DNA from: an uncultured archaeon | GTDB taxonomy: Archaea > Aenigmatarchaeota > Aenigmatarchaeia > CG10238-14 | Assembly: GCA_964392445.1 (NCBI GenBank) | Contig: CAYMPD010000020.1 | Span: 1 to 19,203, forward strand | Length of the DNA: 19,203 nt | Reading direction: 5' to 3' | Shown: one piece after another, positions 1 through 8,309 of the stretch | How the letters are laid out: every line of letters starts with the position of its first letter | How positions within the stretch are numbered: the first letter of the stretch is position 1 | Notes under the pieces: model-generated | Database searches by the model: none | The model's input: only the letters and a program-made list of their open reading frames with translations | What the model was told of the DNA's origin: nothing | Translations under genes and position numbers: made by a program

Positions 1-67
1 TCAATATCCCACCAATACCACCAAGGTTCTTGAACTGTTCACCCTCACGACTATCTGTGAAAATAAT
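1..67 (-). repeat. Second copy of the aRF1 3' end (gene fragment), truncated by the window edge
   Basis: Bases 1-55 are identical to 893-947, and 1-67 matches 893-959 with 3 mismatches (positions 56, 59, 60). It translates on the minus strand as IIFTDSREGEQFKNLGGIGGIL, versus IISTDSREGEQFKNLGGIGGIL in aRF1. An in-frame TAA lies a few codons upstream with no start codon in between. Confidence 0.95.
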
Positions 68-86
68 TCCTAAAAGAGTTTAATTC

Positions 87-545
87 CTATTCGTCTATTT
101 CATAAGATTTTTTCAAGTTTAAAACATCAACAACAAATTTTTTCGGAGTAATAAAATTAATTTCAGTATCAAATTTCTTCTTTAAGAAATGTCTATTAGT
201 AGAAATAAAGTAGCCTGGGTCAGATCTAATAGCAGCACAGAGATGTGGAAGATCTTTTTTGTTTATTTGATCCTTATATTTTTTAATTATATGTTTTATC
301 TCTTCAAAGGTTACTATCTCAACACCGGGTAGTGACTGGATATAAAAACACATATCTAATGCTTTTTGTCTTCCGTATCTTTTCTCGTACCATTTTCTTA
401 CTTCGAATAACGTGTGTGAAGAAATAACAGGTATGAATGATCCAAGTTCTAGACTTTCCATTATAAGGGCAGAATTAGATTTTTTGTGTAAACCAAAATG
501 AAAAACATTCGTGTCTAAATAAGCTCTAACTATCCTTAAGTCCAT
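87..545 (-). CDS. vapC: PIN-domain ribonuclease toxin (VapC-like)
   Basis: N-terminal YLDTNVF motif, acidic residue in TLFEV, DLPHL..A and late ISTNRHFL motif. It is 152 aa and overlaps the upstream antitoxin gene by 20 nt. Confidence 0.85.
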   Translation of the reverse strand: MDLRIVRAYLDTNVFHFGLHKKSNSALIMESLELGSFIPVISSHTLFEVRKWYEKRYGRQKALDMCFYIQSLPGVEIVTFEEIKHIIKKYKDQINKKDLPHLCAAIRSDPGYFISTNRHFLKKKFDTEINFITPKKFVVDVLNLKKSYEIDE

Positions 546-813
546 AATATTCCTTCATCTCCTCCCATATTTCTCCACGGATTTTATCCAATTCTTTTTC
601 AGTTTTTTTAATTTCTTTTTTTGTTAAATGAGTTCTTTTTTCTGTTAACCTTTCTTTTAAAAATCTATTCCTCTGAAAATTTTCGTATAAAATATATCTT
701 ACAGCAAACCTGACAAAATCTGATCTGTTAAGAAACGCCTTATCTTTTTCTAGCATATTATCTATTAAAGAGACGTCTTCTGTTTCGAGTCTAACCGGGA
801 TTGTTTTAGACAT
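526..813 (-). CDS. Ribbon-helix-helix (CopG/MetJ-like) antitoxin
   Basis: MSKTIPVRL beta strand followed by helix and NRSDFVRFAVR, the typical RHH pattern. It lies directly upstream of the PIN gene, with a GGTGA RBS 6 nt before the ATG. Confidence 0.8.
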   Translation of the reverse strand: MSKTIPVRLETEDVSLIDNMLEKDKAFLNRSDFVRFAVRYILYENFQRNRFLKERLTEKRTHLTKKEIKKTEKELDKIRGEIWEEMKEYYGLKDS

Positions 814-824
814 ATCACATCACC

Positions 825-842
825 GTATACATATATGTATAC
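825..842. promoter_or_regulatory. Perfect 18-bp palindrome, probable autoregulatory operator of the TA operon
   Basis: GTATACATATATGTATAC is its own reverse complement. It lies between a minus-strand TATA-like TTTATA (852-847) and the antitoxin RBS. Confidence 0.7.
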
Positions 843-875
843 AGGATATAAATAATTATCTATGATTGATTCCCC

Positions 876-2090
876 TTAACTAATCCTAAACCTCAATATC
901 CCACCAATACCACCAAGGTTCTTGAACTGTTCACCCTCACGACTATCCGTAGAAATAATCTCAACCTTACTACTGTAATTCTTGGCCTCTTCTGACAGAA
1001 CATCAATCAAATCTTTCTCCTCAACAACTTCCATAACCGACCCACAATTAGGACATTTGTGCTCTCTTCCGGGTTTAGCATCTTTGACTTGAGTTTCACC
1101 GCATTGACATTCTAACTTAACTCTAATCCAATCATAGGCCTCGCTTATGAGTAAAATTTCAATCGCACCTAACTCCATCGCTCTTTTAGTCTCATCTAAA
1201 CCGTAAACCGACAAACCATTGTCTTTTTGAAGATTTCCATAGAATTCTTCCATAAGTTTTCTTTCCTTGACTGCTGATGCTTCTTCGATTAGTTGTTCTC
1301 CCCGCTTGACTAGTTCCTGCAAACCCTGATCTCCAGTATAACTAGTATCAATAACCCCCAATTTCTTCTTCCTAAGTTGATGGTCTAAGTATTCGCTATC
1401 ATTGAATTTCTCCTTGAATGGTCCTGGTCCTCCGATGATTATTCCCTTGAGGTCTTCTTTTTCGGGTAAGAATAATCTGTTTGCTATTTCAGCGGTCTTT
1501 TTCATGTGGTCTTTTTTGGCTTCCTCTCTGATCCTTTGGTATCTCTGTTGGCTCCAGCCCCCCGCCTTCGTCTTCCCAGGAACCATTGACTCAACATGCT
1601 TTTCCAGAACGACTTTCTTGCCTTTCAAAAATCCAACATCTGCTCCACCACCGTCTATTACTATTAATCCATAAATCTCCTTCTCCCGAAGCATCTCTTT
1701 CAAGGGGTCAAGAACGAATGTCTGATCACACCAGTAAACCTTCCTGTTCAAAGGCTGAGGGGGTTCAACTGACCATAATTTGATGTCAGAACTTCCTTCC
1801 TTCTCAGAGATATTACCACAAAATACTATGAGACCGTTTTTGGGTGTTTTGTCCAAAACTTTCAAGTGATTCATTATTTTTTCCAGAGCATCTAGAACAT
1901 TGTTCCTGGTTTGTTTGGACTTAACATTCTGAGTCAAAGAATATTCGGACTGAAGCATGTTTTGGATTTCGTTAAGATTATAACCTGCGGGTACGTAAAG
2001 AGAAACAAGTTCTGTATGTCTACCTCTTATTTTTTCTAGACGTTTGACTAGTTTTTTCAGTTTTATCAGATTTTTATCGCTAAATACAAT
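876..2090 (-). CDS. prf1: Archaeal peptide chain release factor aRF1 (eRF1 family); true start uncertain, about 2084-2090
   Basis: The frame stays open 44 codons upstream of the ORF-track ATG at 1958 and encodes the conserved N-terminus (KLKKLVKRLEKIRGRHTELVSLYVP). It has NVKS (NIKS-like), YWCDQTF (YxCxxxF), an M-domain loop KTKAGGWSQQRY, a C-domain with CQC...CPNC Zn ribbon, and the terminal LGGIGGILRF. Confidence 0.95.
   Translation of the reverse strand: MVFSDKNLIKLKKLVKRLEKIRGRHTELVSLYVPAGYNLNEIQNMLQSEYSLTQNVKSKQTRNNVLDALEKIMNHLKVLDKTPKNGLIVFCGNISEKEGSSDIKLWSVEPPQPLNRKVYWCDQTFVLDPLKEMLREKEIYGLIVIDGGGADVGFLKGKKVVLEKHVESMVPGKTKAGGWSQQRYQRIREEAKKDHMKKTAEIANRLFLPEKEDLKGIIIGGPGPFKEKFNDSEYLDHQLRKKKLGVIDTSYTGDQGLQELVKRGEQLIEEASAVKERKLMEEFYGNLQKDNGLSVYGLDETKRAMELGAIEILLISEAYDWIRVKLECQCGETQVKDAKPGREHKCPNCGSVMEVVEEKDLIDVLSEEAKNYSSKVEIISTDSREGEQFKNLGGIGGILRFRIS
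893..959 (-). repeat. aRF1 3'-terminal segment duplicated at 1..67
   Basis: Direct repeat of 1..67 with 64 of 67 bases identical. Confidence 0.95.
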
Positions 2091-2191
2091 TCACCTTAGT
2101 GTAATTAGATTAAAAGAGAATTTAAATATTTTTGAGATTTATGAAGCTTATGGGTAAGGAAAATTATTAAAGAATCGCTAGAAAATGTAAA

Positions 2192-2596
2192 CTAATTTTC
2201 GTAGGTTGCAATAACGCTTTGTCCTTCCAATTTATCGATTCGAATGGGATGTTCAGTTTCATTCAAGTCTCTCTCTTCCCAGGTATATCTTATACCATCA
2301 TCATATGCATGTCTCCTTTCCGTAGTTTGATGTCTAACTTTATCTGCACTTATTATATAAGCTCTTATCGTGTCCCCAGCGGATATTGGCCAAGGACCTT
2401 CGAATTCTAGTCTTCTAACAGAGGTATCGGATTCGACATCAATTTCTAAATCATATCTACTTCCTGTGTATTTACTACGGCATGTTCCACCGACTATTTT
2501 CTCACCTAATGTTCTATAAATTCTTTTTCTATTTCCTCTAACTCCAACGACAGAACAATCTACTTCAACAACGAAATTCTCCCACTCTTCTGGCAT
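2192..2596 (-). CDS. Hypothetical protein, beta-rich (possibly OB-fold-like)
   Basis: 134-aa ORF with normal protein composition that fills the intergenic gap. No recognised family motif. Confidence 0.7.
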   Translation of the reverse strand: MPEEWENFVVEVDCSVVGVRGNRKRIYRTLGEKIVGGTCRSKYTGSRYDLEIDVESDTSVRRLEFEGPWPISAGDTIRAYIISADKVRHQTTERRHAYDDGIRYTWEERDLNETEHPIRIDKLEGQSVIATYEN

Positions 2597-2651
2597 GCAA
2601 TTAATTTATTTTTTCAATAATTTATTTATGATCTTATATCAAATAGAAACA

Positions 2652-3074
2652 TTAACCAACCCACAACCAAACCCTATACAAAACAACATTAAAAACAGTA
2701 TTGATAACCAGAAAATTCAAGAAAAATGGACCCAAACCACCAATTATCAACATCAGTCCAGTATTAATAACCTGATAAGCACCCAAGGAAACAAAAAATC
2801 CACTAGTACCAAGATAATATCCCAGAAGAACAGCACCTATCTGCGCGGGAAAAGACAAAGCAATGTACTTACTCTTCCTGAAGTGAATAAGCGTATGCTC
2901 GGCAAGAAGAATCAGACTAACAACTATCCCCGCACCTATCCCATAATTTATCCCTGCTAACCAAGAAGCAAAGAACAAAAAATCAATTCCAAGTATCTTA
3001 AGGAGTTTGAGTGAGAGAAAATTGACTAGTACATCCAAGACCAGAAACATCAATATGAACAGTAGTATGTGCAT
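2652..3074 (-). CDS. Small multi-pass membrane protein (possible ECF S-component-like)
   Basis: Almost wholly hydrophobic 140 aa with several predicted TM helices and a Gly-patterned segment (ASWLAGINYGIGAGIVV). The family assignment is tentative. Confidence 0.7.
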   Translation of the reverse strand: MHILLFILMFLVLDVLVNFLSLKLLKILGIDFLFFASWLAGINYGIGAGIVVSLILLAEHTLIHFRKSKYIALSFPAQIGAVLLGYYLGTSGFFVSLGAYQVINTGLMLIIGGLGPFFLNFLVINTVFNVVLYRVWLWVG

Positions 3075-3258
3075 GAATTAATTATAAGTTAATGAAGATT
3101 TTTAAGTTATGTAAGTTTGATTCTTATCATTGGATTTGAAATTGAAGAGGTTGAAGTATATACTTAACTATGAGGGGCTGGGTTTTGAAGAAATGAGGTA
3201 TTAAACAGTACAAGAACTGTGAAAATAATCATTGAATTTTGGAATATGAGGTTAAAAA

Positions 3259-3612
3259 TTACCAATATGAAGTATCTGGTAATCTTGTGACTCCGGTATT
3301 TTCAAAATTTGCGAGATAGTCCATTACTTGACACATCAGTAATCCAGTTCTGTGATGCAATGACTCTTCATAAATTTCTGGTTCTCTATTTTTGATCTGA
3401 TCCTGAACACAATCTTCCATCGTCAATGGTAAAACTACACCTAAGATATCAGTTAATATTTCACCATCTTCTTCACGCAAATTTCTTCTAAATCTTCCAA
3501 AAAACCCAGAATATCGAGATTTAACTCTCTCAAATTCTTCCATAGCTTCTTTATATCTTTTTTCTGCTTCTACCAAACTTAATCCAGCACCATATTCAAG
3601 TGGTCTTACCAT
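3259..3612 (-). CDS. Hypothetical protein
   Basis: 117-aa ORF with a helical N-terminus and no recognised motif. Confidence 0.65.
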   Translation of the reverse strand: MVRPLEYGAGLSLVEAEKRYKEAMEEFERVKSRYSGFFGRFRRNLREEDGEILTDILGVVLPLTMEDCVQDQIKNREPEIYEESLHHRTGLLMCQVMDYLANFENTGVTRLPDTSYW

Positions 3613-3729
3613 ATATTAAATTTAAAAAGTAAATCTTAAATATTCCATTGTCCCCTAAAACATCACCTAATCACAAAAATTCCGAAATAAAAATATTCTT
3701 TATATATAAATTTGAAATAATGAGATCAA

Positions 3730-4209
3730 TCACTTCTTCACATAAACCAAAAACGAGTATCCATCCCTATCATCTCTCTTAATCAACTCCCATTTATCAG
3801 GATTAATTTCTGGGAATTTAGCATCGCCCTTCGGCTTTCTATGAACCCGAGTAATATCTAACTTATCAGAGAAAGGTAAAGCTTGCTTGTAAACTGACGC
3901 TCCACCTCCGATAAAAATTTTCTCATAATCTTTTTTCTTACAGTAGTCTATCGCATCTTTTAATGACCCTTTTACCACAGTTCCTCCTTCAGGTTTGTAA
4001 TCTTCCCTTCTTGTAAGAACTATGTTTTCCCTTCCTTTCAACGGTTTTGTCGGCAAGGATTCATAAGTTTTTCTACCCATAATCACCGGATAACCTTCCG
4101 TCTCTTCCCTGAAATGTTTAAGATCCTCAGGAATGTACCAAGGAATATCATTCTCTTTACCAATAACATTATTCTCAGCTACTGCTGCGATGATAATTGT
4201 TTGGGTCAT
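3730..4209 (-). CDS. folA: Dihydrofolate reductase
   Basis: IIAAVAENNVIG, IPWYIPEDLKHF, VIMGRKTYESLP, PLKGRENIVLTR and IGGG motifs. ATGA overlap with thyA. Confidence 0.97.
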   Translation of the reverse strand: MTQTIIIAAVAENNVIGKENDIPWYIPEDLKHFREETEGYPVIMGRKTYESLPTKPLKGRENIVLTRREDYKPEGGTVVKGSLKDAIDYCKKKDYEKIFIGGGASVYKQALPFSDKLDITRVHRKPKGDAKFPEINPDKWELIKRDDRDGYSFLVYVKK

Positions 4210-5072
4210 ACGGCTATCTCAAATTTTATTCTTGGATGATGTTTGTAATTAATAACTTCTGAATCTGTATACTTCCAATCAAAGATAGAGGTGAAATTCT
4301 CTGTTTTGATCTTAGGTAATGGATAAGGTTTTCTTTTTAACTGTTCTTTTAGTCCGTCCACATGATTGAGATAAATATGAGTATCTCCTAGAAATCCTAC
4401 TAATTTGCCTTCTTTGGATCCCGTCTCTTTGGCGAGTAGATGTAATAGTAAACCATAACTGGCTATGTTGAAGGGTAATCCCAAAGCTGTGTCAACAGAT
4501 CTTTGACTCCATAACAAATTTAATCTATCATTCATAACTGTGACTTGAAAACTGTAGTGGCAAGGTGGTAAAGCCATGCTCGGGATATCAACTGGATTCC
4601 AAGAATTAACAATCATCCTCCTATCAGTAGGATTTTGTTTTAAGGTTTTGATAACATTCTTGAGTTGATCTACTCCTTTTCCTTTTGGTTTTTCATCATA
4701 GGATTGATATTCTGCACCAAAATTTCTCCATTGAAAACCGTAAATAGGACCTAATTCTCTTTCTTCCATCATTTTTTTCTGAGTTTCTTTGTCATGGGAA
4801 TAAGGAACTATATCACGCGAACACCATTCATCCCAGATGTGGTTGTTTCTTTCCTGGAGCCATTTCTTATCGGTTAGTCCTTTGATAAAGAATTCCAATT
4901 CGGATGCTACTAGTCTTAAAGGGACGGATTTGGTTGTAAGAAGTGGAAAACCATCTTTCATGTCATGCTTGAACATAACTCCCATAAGAGCAATAGTACC
5001 TGTACCTGTTCTGTCTCCTTTTTTAGAACCTTCTTCCAGTATTTTTTTGACTATATCTAGGTAAGGTTTCAT
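4206..5072 (-). CDS. thyA: Thymidylate synthase (ThyA)
   Basis: DRTGTGT, FPLLTTK, IWDEW, LGPIYGFQWR, catalytic MALPPCH, QRSVD..LGLPFNIASY and GDTHIY motifs. Confidence 0.98.
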   Translation of the reverse strand: MKPYLDIVKKILEEGSKKGDRTGTGTIALMGVMFKHDMKDGFPLLTTKSVPLRLVASELEFFIKGLTDKKWLQERNNHIWDEWCSRDIVPYSHDKETQKKMMEERELGPIYGFQWRNFGAEYQSYDEKPKGKGVDQLKNVIKTLKQNPTDRRMIVNSWNPVDIPSMALPPCHYSFQVTVMNDRLNLLWSQRSVDTALGLPFNIASYGLLLHLLAKETGSKEGKLVGFLGDTHIYLNHVDGLKEQLKRKPYPLPKIKTENFTSIFDWKYTDSEVINYKHHPRIKFEIAV

Positions 5073-5112
5073 CTAGTAATACCCTTAGTTAGTATTGTTT
5101 TTGAGAAATAAA

Positions 5113-5322
5113 TTAGTTTAGTGCTGCCTTTTCTCTTAATCTAAGCTGCCTTAAAACAGATGCTACCCTAACTGTTCTTTTCCACAAAGGAGAGGAAGAT
5201 TCCGGTGAATCTCTTATGCATACTGATAAAGCATTAGGAAAATCTCCATATCTTGAGCAATAAGTTCTATGTCCATCTCTTCCTTCCTTATATTGCGAAC
5301 ACCCTTCACATCTATCGTACAT
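5113..5322 (-). CDS. Small Cys-containing hypothetical protein
   Basis: 69 aa with four Cys (CEGC...C...C), co-oriented between glyA and thyA. Confidence 0.55.
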   Translation of the reverse strand: MYDRCEGCSQYKEGRDGHRTYCSRYGDFPNALSVCIRDSPESSSPLWKRTVRVASVLRQLRLREKAALN

Positions 5323-5361
5323 ATTCTATTAAAGGTTCATTAAACTCAAATACTTAACCCT

Positions 5362-6618
5362 CTATCGCCCATACAAAGGAAATTCCTCACACAAATCAGC
5401 AACTCGTCCCTTAAGATGTTTTAGTATCTTCTTATCTTTCTCATTTTTAACAAAAGCAGTAATTATTTTACCGATTTCTCTCATCTGAGGTTCTCTCATC
5501 CCCCGAGTGGTAACTGCAGGAGTACCTATTCTAACACCACTAGTCACCCAAGGAGGTTCAGGATCAAACGGTATAGCGTTCTTGTTCAAAGTAATACCAA
5601 TCTCTTCAAAAGCTACTTGAGCGTGTTTTCCCGTCATTTCTTTGTCTTGTAAATCTACCAACATAAGATGATTATCTGTTCCTCCAGACACTAATCGGAA
5701 ATTATTATCAATTAATTCTTTTGCTAATGTTTCTGCGTTTTTTACGATTTGTTGCTGATATTTTTTGAATTCCGGTCTCATTGCCTCTTTGAATGCTACT
5801 GCTTTTGCTGCGATTGTGTTCATTAATGGCCCGCCTTGTGTTCCTGGGAAGATGGATTTATCGATTTTTTTCGCATATTCTTCTTTGCACATTATCACTC
5901 CGCCTCTCGGACCCCGCAGAGTTTTCTGAGTAGTTGTAGTTACAAAATCAACATGAGGAAATGGTTCTGGATGTTCACCCGCGACTATTAACCCGGCTAT
6001 GTGGGCCACATCCGCTAACAAATAAGCATTAACTTTGTTCGCGATATAAGCAAACTCCTCGAAATCAACTGTTCTTGGATAAGCACTTGCACCACATATG
6101 ATCATATCTGGTTTAACTTCTTTGGCTATCTTCATGACTTCATCATAATCAATCTTCTCGGTGGTTTTATTAACCCCGTAAAAAGAAACAGTGTAATTCC
6201 GTCCAGAAAAATTAACCGGACTACCGTGTGAAAGATGACCACCATGCGATAAGTCCATCGAAAGAATTTTGTCACCAACATCAAGCATCGCGAAGTAGAC
6301 AGCAAAGTTGGCCTGAGTACCTGAGTGTGGTTGGACGTTTGCATGATCGGCTTTAAACAGTTTTTTCACTCTTTCCCTTGCCAAATTCTCGACTTCATCG
6401 TAGTATTTACAGCCACCATAATACCTCTTACCCGGATAACCTTCGGCATATTTATTTGTCATAACACTTGCTTGTGCTTGCATTACTGCAGAGCTGGCGA
6501 AGTTTTCTGAGGCGATTAGTTCGATTGTGTTTTCTTGACGTTTGATTTCATTTTTGATTGTTTTTGCAACTCGAGGATCTTTTTTTTCAACTTGTTCCAA
6601 TTTCTTGAACCATTTCAT
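5362..6618 (-). CDS. glyA: Serine hydroxymethyltransferase (bacterial-type)
   Basis: [52 protein letters not shown] (PLP lysine), FPGTQGGP and [14 protein letters not shown] motifs. Confidence 0.98.
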   Translation of the reverse strand: MKWFKKLEQVEKKDPRVAKTIKNEIKRQENTIELIASENFASSAVMQAQASVMTNKYAEGYPGKRYYGGCKYYDEVENLARERVKKLFKADHANVQPHSGTQANFAVYFAMLDVGDKILSMDLSHGGHLSHGSPVNFSGRNYTVSFYGVNKTTEKIDYDEVMKIAKEVKPDMIICGASAYPRTVDFEEFAYIANKVNAYLLADVAHIAGLIVAGEHPEPFPHVDFVTTTTQKTLRGPRGGVIMCKEEYAKKIDKSIFPGTQGGPLMNTIAAKAVAFKEAMRPEFKKYQQQIVKNAETLAKELIDNNFRLVSGGTDNHLMLVDLQDKEMTGKHAQVAFEEIGITLNKNAIPFDPEPPWVTSGVRIGTPAVTTRGMREPQMREIGKIITAFVKNEKDKKILKHLKGRVADLCEEFPLYGR

Positions 6619-6751
6619 GAGTAATAATTCTTCCTGAAAAATTTAAGGTAATTTGGATGTTTTGATAGAAAAATTGGTTACTACTACATAATTGTCTTAT
6701 TTTAAAAGAGGAAGGATAAGGAATAAATCTTTAACATGTTTTTTATTAGGT

Positions 6752-6946
6752 ATGATAAAAGCCACCTACAAAGAAATTGAGAATGTTATATGTCCGAATT
6801 GCCAAGAGGAATCAACCTTTCACTCTGAAGGTGCAGGACCACATACTCTGTATAGGTGTTTGAATTGTAAAGATTGTAGCCTTACCTACGAGGCTATACA
6901 AGAGAGAAATCCAGAAAAAAGGATTAAAGCTGTGGGAAGATTTTAA
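6752..6946 (+). CDS. Small Zn-ribbon protein
   Basis: CPNC...CLNC pair. The second ATG (6752) is preferred to the ORF-track start at 6692 because the extra N-terminus looks like translated promoter sequence. Confidence 0.65.
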   Translation: MIKATYKEIENVICPNCQEESTFHSEGAGPHTLYRCLNCKDCSLTYEAIQERNPEKRIKAVGRF

Positions 6947-6980
6947 AAAATTAACTCAAAAAATTTAATTAGGTGTAAAT

Positions 6981-7619
6981 ATGCCGCTAAAAACCCTAGG
7001 TTTAGATTGGAGTGGAGTAGTTAGTGATGATAGGCACCCAGTATACGAAGCAAATATGAGACTTTTGGAAAGGTATGGAATACCTCGAATAGAATTTGAC
7101 GATTGGCTATCCCTCTCAAAAGGAAGTGCTTCTGAATTTTTAATTTATATGGGAGTAGAAGAACCTGAAGGTTATTTAGAAAATTTATATAAAAGAGAGC
7201 TTGATGACTTAGGAGCAGAGGGTGTAATTCCCCGTGCATATGAAGATTCTTATACTACCCTCAGAGAGTTAGATAAAAGGGAGATACCGATACTAGTAGT
7301 AAGTAGCCACCCAGAAGAAAATTTGAGACGCGAGGCAAATAGATATGGTTTATTGGCTTTTATTCAATTAATGATTAGTACTAGAGATAAATCTGAAGCT
7401 TTAAAAGAGGCCTGTGATCGATTGGAAACTCTCCCAACGGAATTATTGTATATTGGAGATACCATATACGATATAAGAGCAGGAAAATCTGCTGGAGTTA
7501 TAACCGGAGGCATTGCTGGTGAACCACAAAGAGGTTATCATTCAGATCAAAAATTAAGAGAAGAATCTCCAGATTATATATTTAGTGACTTAGGAGAGGT
7601 ATTGGAAATTTTTCTCTAA
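6981..7619 (+). CDS. HAD-superfamily hydrolase (Gph/phosphatase-like)
   Basis: Motif I variant LGLDWSG, motif II VVSS, Lys in RDKSEAL, and motif IV YIGDTIYDIRAG. Confidence 0.85.
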   Translation: MPLKTLGLDWSGVVSDDRHPVYEANMRLLERYGIPRIEFDDWLSLSKGSASEFLIYMGVEEPEGYLENLYKRELDDLGAEGVIPRAYEDSYTTLRELDKREIPILVVSSHPEENLRREANRYGLLAFIQLMISTRDKSEALKEACDRLETLPTELLYIGDTIYDIRAGKSAGVITGGIAGEPQRGYHSDQKLREESPDYIFSDLGEVLEIFL

Positions 7620-8288
7620 TATTTTCTCTATATGTTTTTTGAATTTCAACTGTCCAGAGATACTGTTATCCATTTCCAATCCAATCCATTTTCCAAAGAG
7701 AAATTTTGGAAGACTTTTTAGGTAGTCTAAATCCTTTACGTCTCTGACCATGTGTAGATCTGTATTCTTTTCGTAGGAATAACCATTCAGATGATTACAA
7801 ACAAAATATTCATGGGATTCTCGGTACTGAAGGACATAGTTAAAATCCTCGGAGGATTTCTGTTCTGCCACTTTGAAATGTGACAAATCAATACAAAATC
7901 CACCTATACGCTTCACTTTAACTAGATTTGAAACGAAATTATCTGTGTTCATTTCCAAATATAGGTTTTTATGGTAACCTTTCCATTTTTCTAGTATTTC
8001 AAAATGATCTTCGTGGATAGTAAAATACGTGCTATCAAAATTTTTAGAAAGAAAATCTAATTCTTCTTTTACCATATCATGCCGAATATGGACTAGGGGG
8101 ATTTTTTTAACTACAGAATTCAACAGGGAGTCATAAATTTTGTCTCTTTGGTATCTTTCAAACCTTTCCAAAAATAGAGCTATCTTAGAAATTTTTCTTT
8201 GTTCTATTTCTTTTAGTTTATTTTTCCAATCCCCTTCTTTACAACCAGTAACTCCAACCAATAATCTTTCAGAAAATTTTCCCTTCAT
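7590..8288 (-). CDS. Probable metal-binding TIM-barrel protein (xylose-isomerase/AP-endonuclease-2-like), function unknown
   Basis: Spaced candidate metal ligands LYLEM, CIDLSHF, NHLNG, DLH and IGLEM. It overlaps the HAD gene 3' end by 30 nt, convergently. Confidence 0.6.
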   Translation of the reverse strand: MKGKFSERLLVGVTGCKEGDWKNKLKEIEQRKISKIALFLERFERYQRDKIYDSLLNSVVKKIPLVHIRHDMVKEELDFLSKNFDSTYFTIHEDHFEILEKWKGYHKNLYLEMNTDNFVSNLVKVKRIGGFCIDLSHFKVAEQKSSEDFNYVLQYRESHEYFVCNHLNGYSYEKNTDLHMVRDVKDLDYLKSLPKFLFGKWIGLEMDNSISGQLKFKKHIEKILEKNFQYLS

Positions 8289-8309
8289 ATCAATATTATA
8301 CTATTTAAT

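Noticed and set aside
87-545. Asn instead of the fourth acidic residue in the PIN domain (STNRHF) as a sign of inactivity
   Set aside because: T-x-N-x-x-(H/D)-F endings are common in VapC proteins.
1402-1783. Plus-strand ORFs 1402-1674 and 1586-1783
   Set aside because: They are antisense shadows of aRF1 with no protein-like motifs.
2595-2960. Q/N/K/T-rich 121-aa plus-strand ORF, and 2219-2410
   Set aside because: The composition is the expected mirror of the T-rich membrane-protein gene on the opposite strand, and 2219-2410 is antisense to the 134-aa gene.
3216-3228. 13-mer CTGTGAAAATAAT also present at 55-67
   Set aside because: Matches of this length are plausible by chance in AT-rich sequence of this size, and the similarity does not extend.
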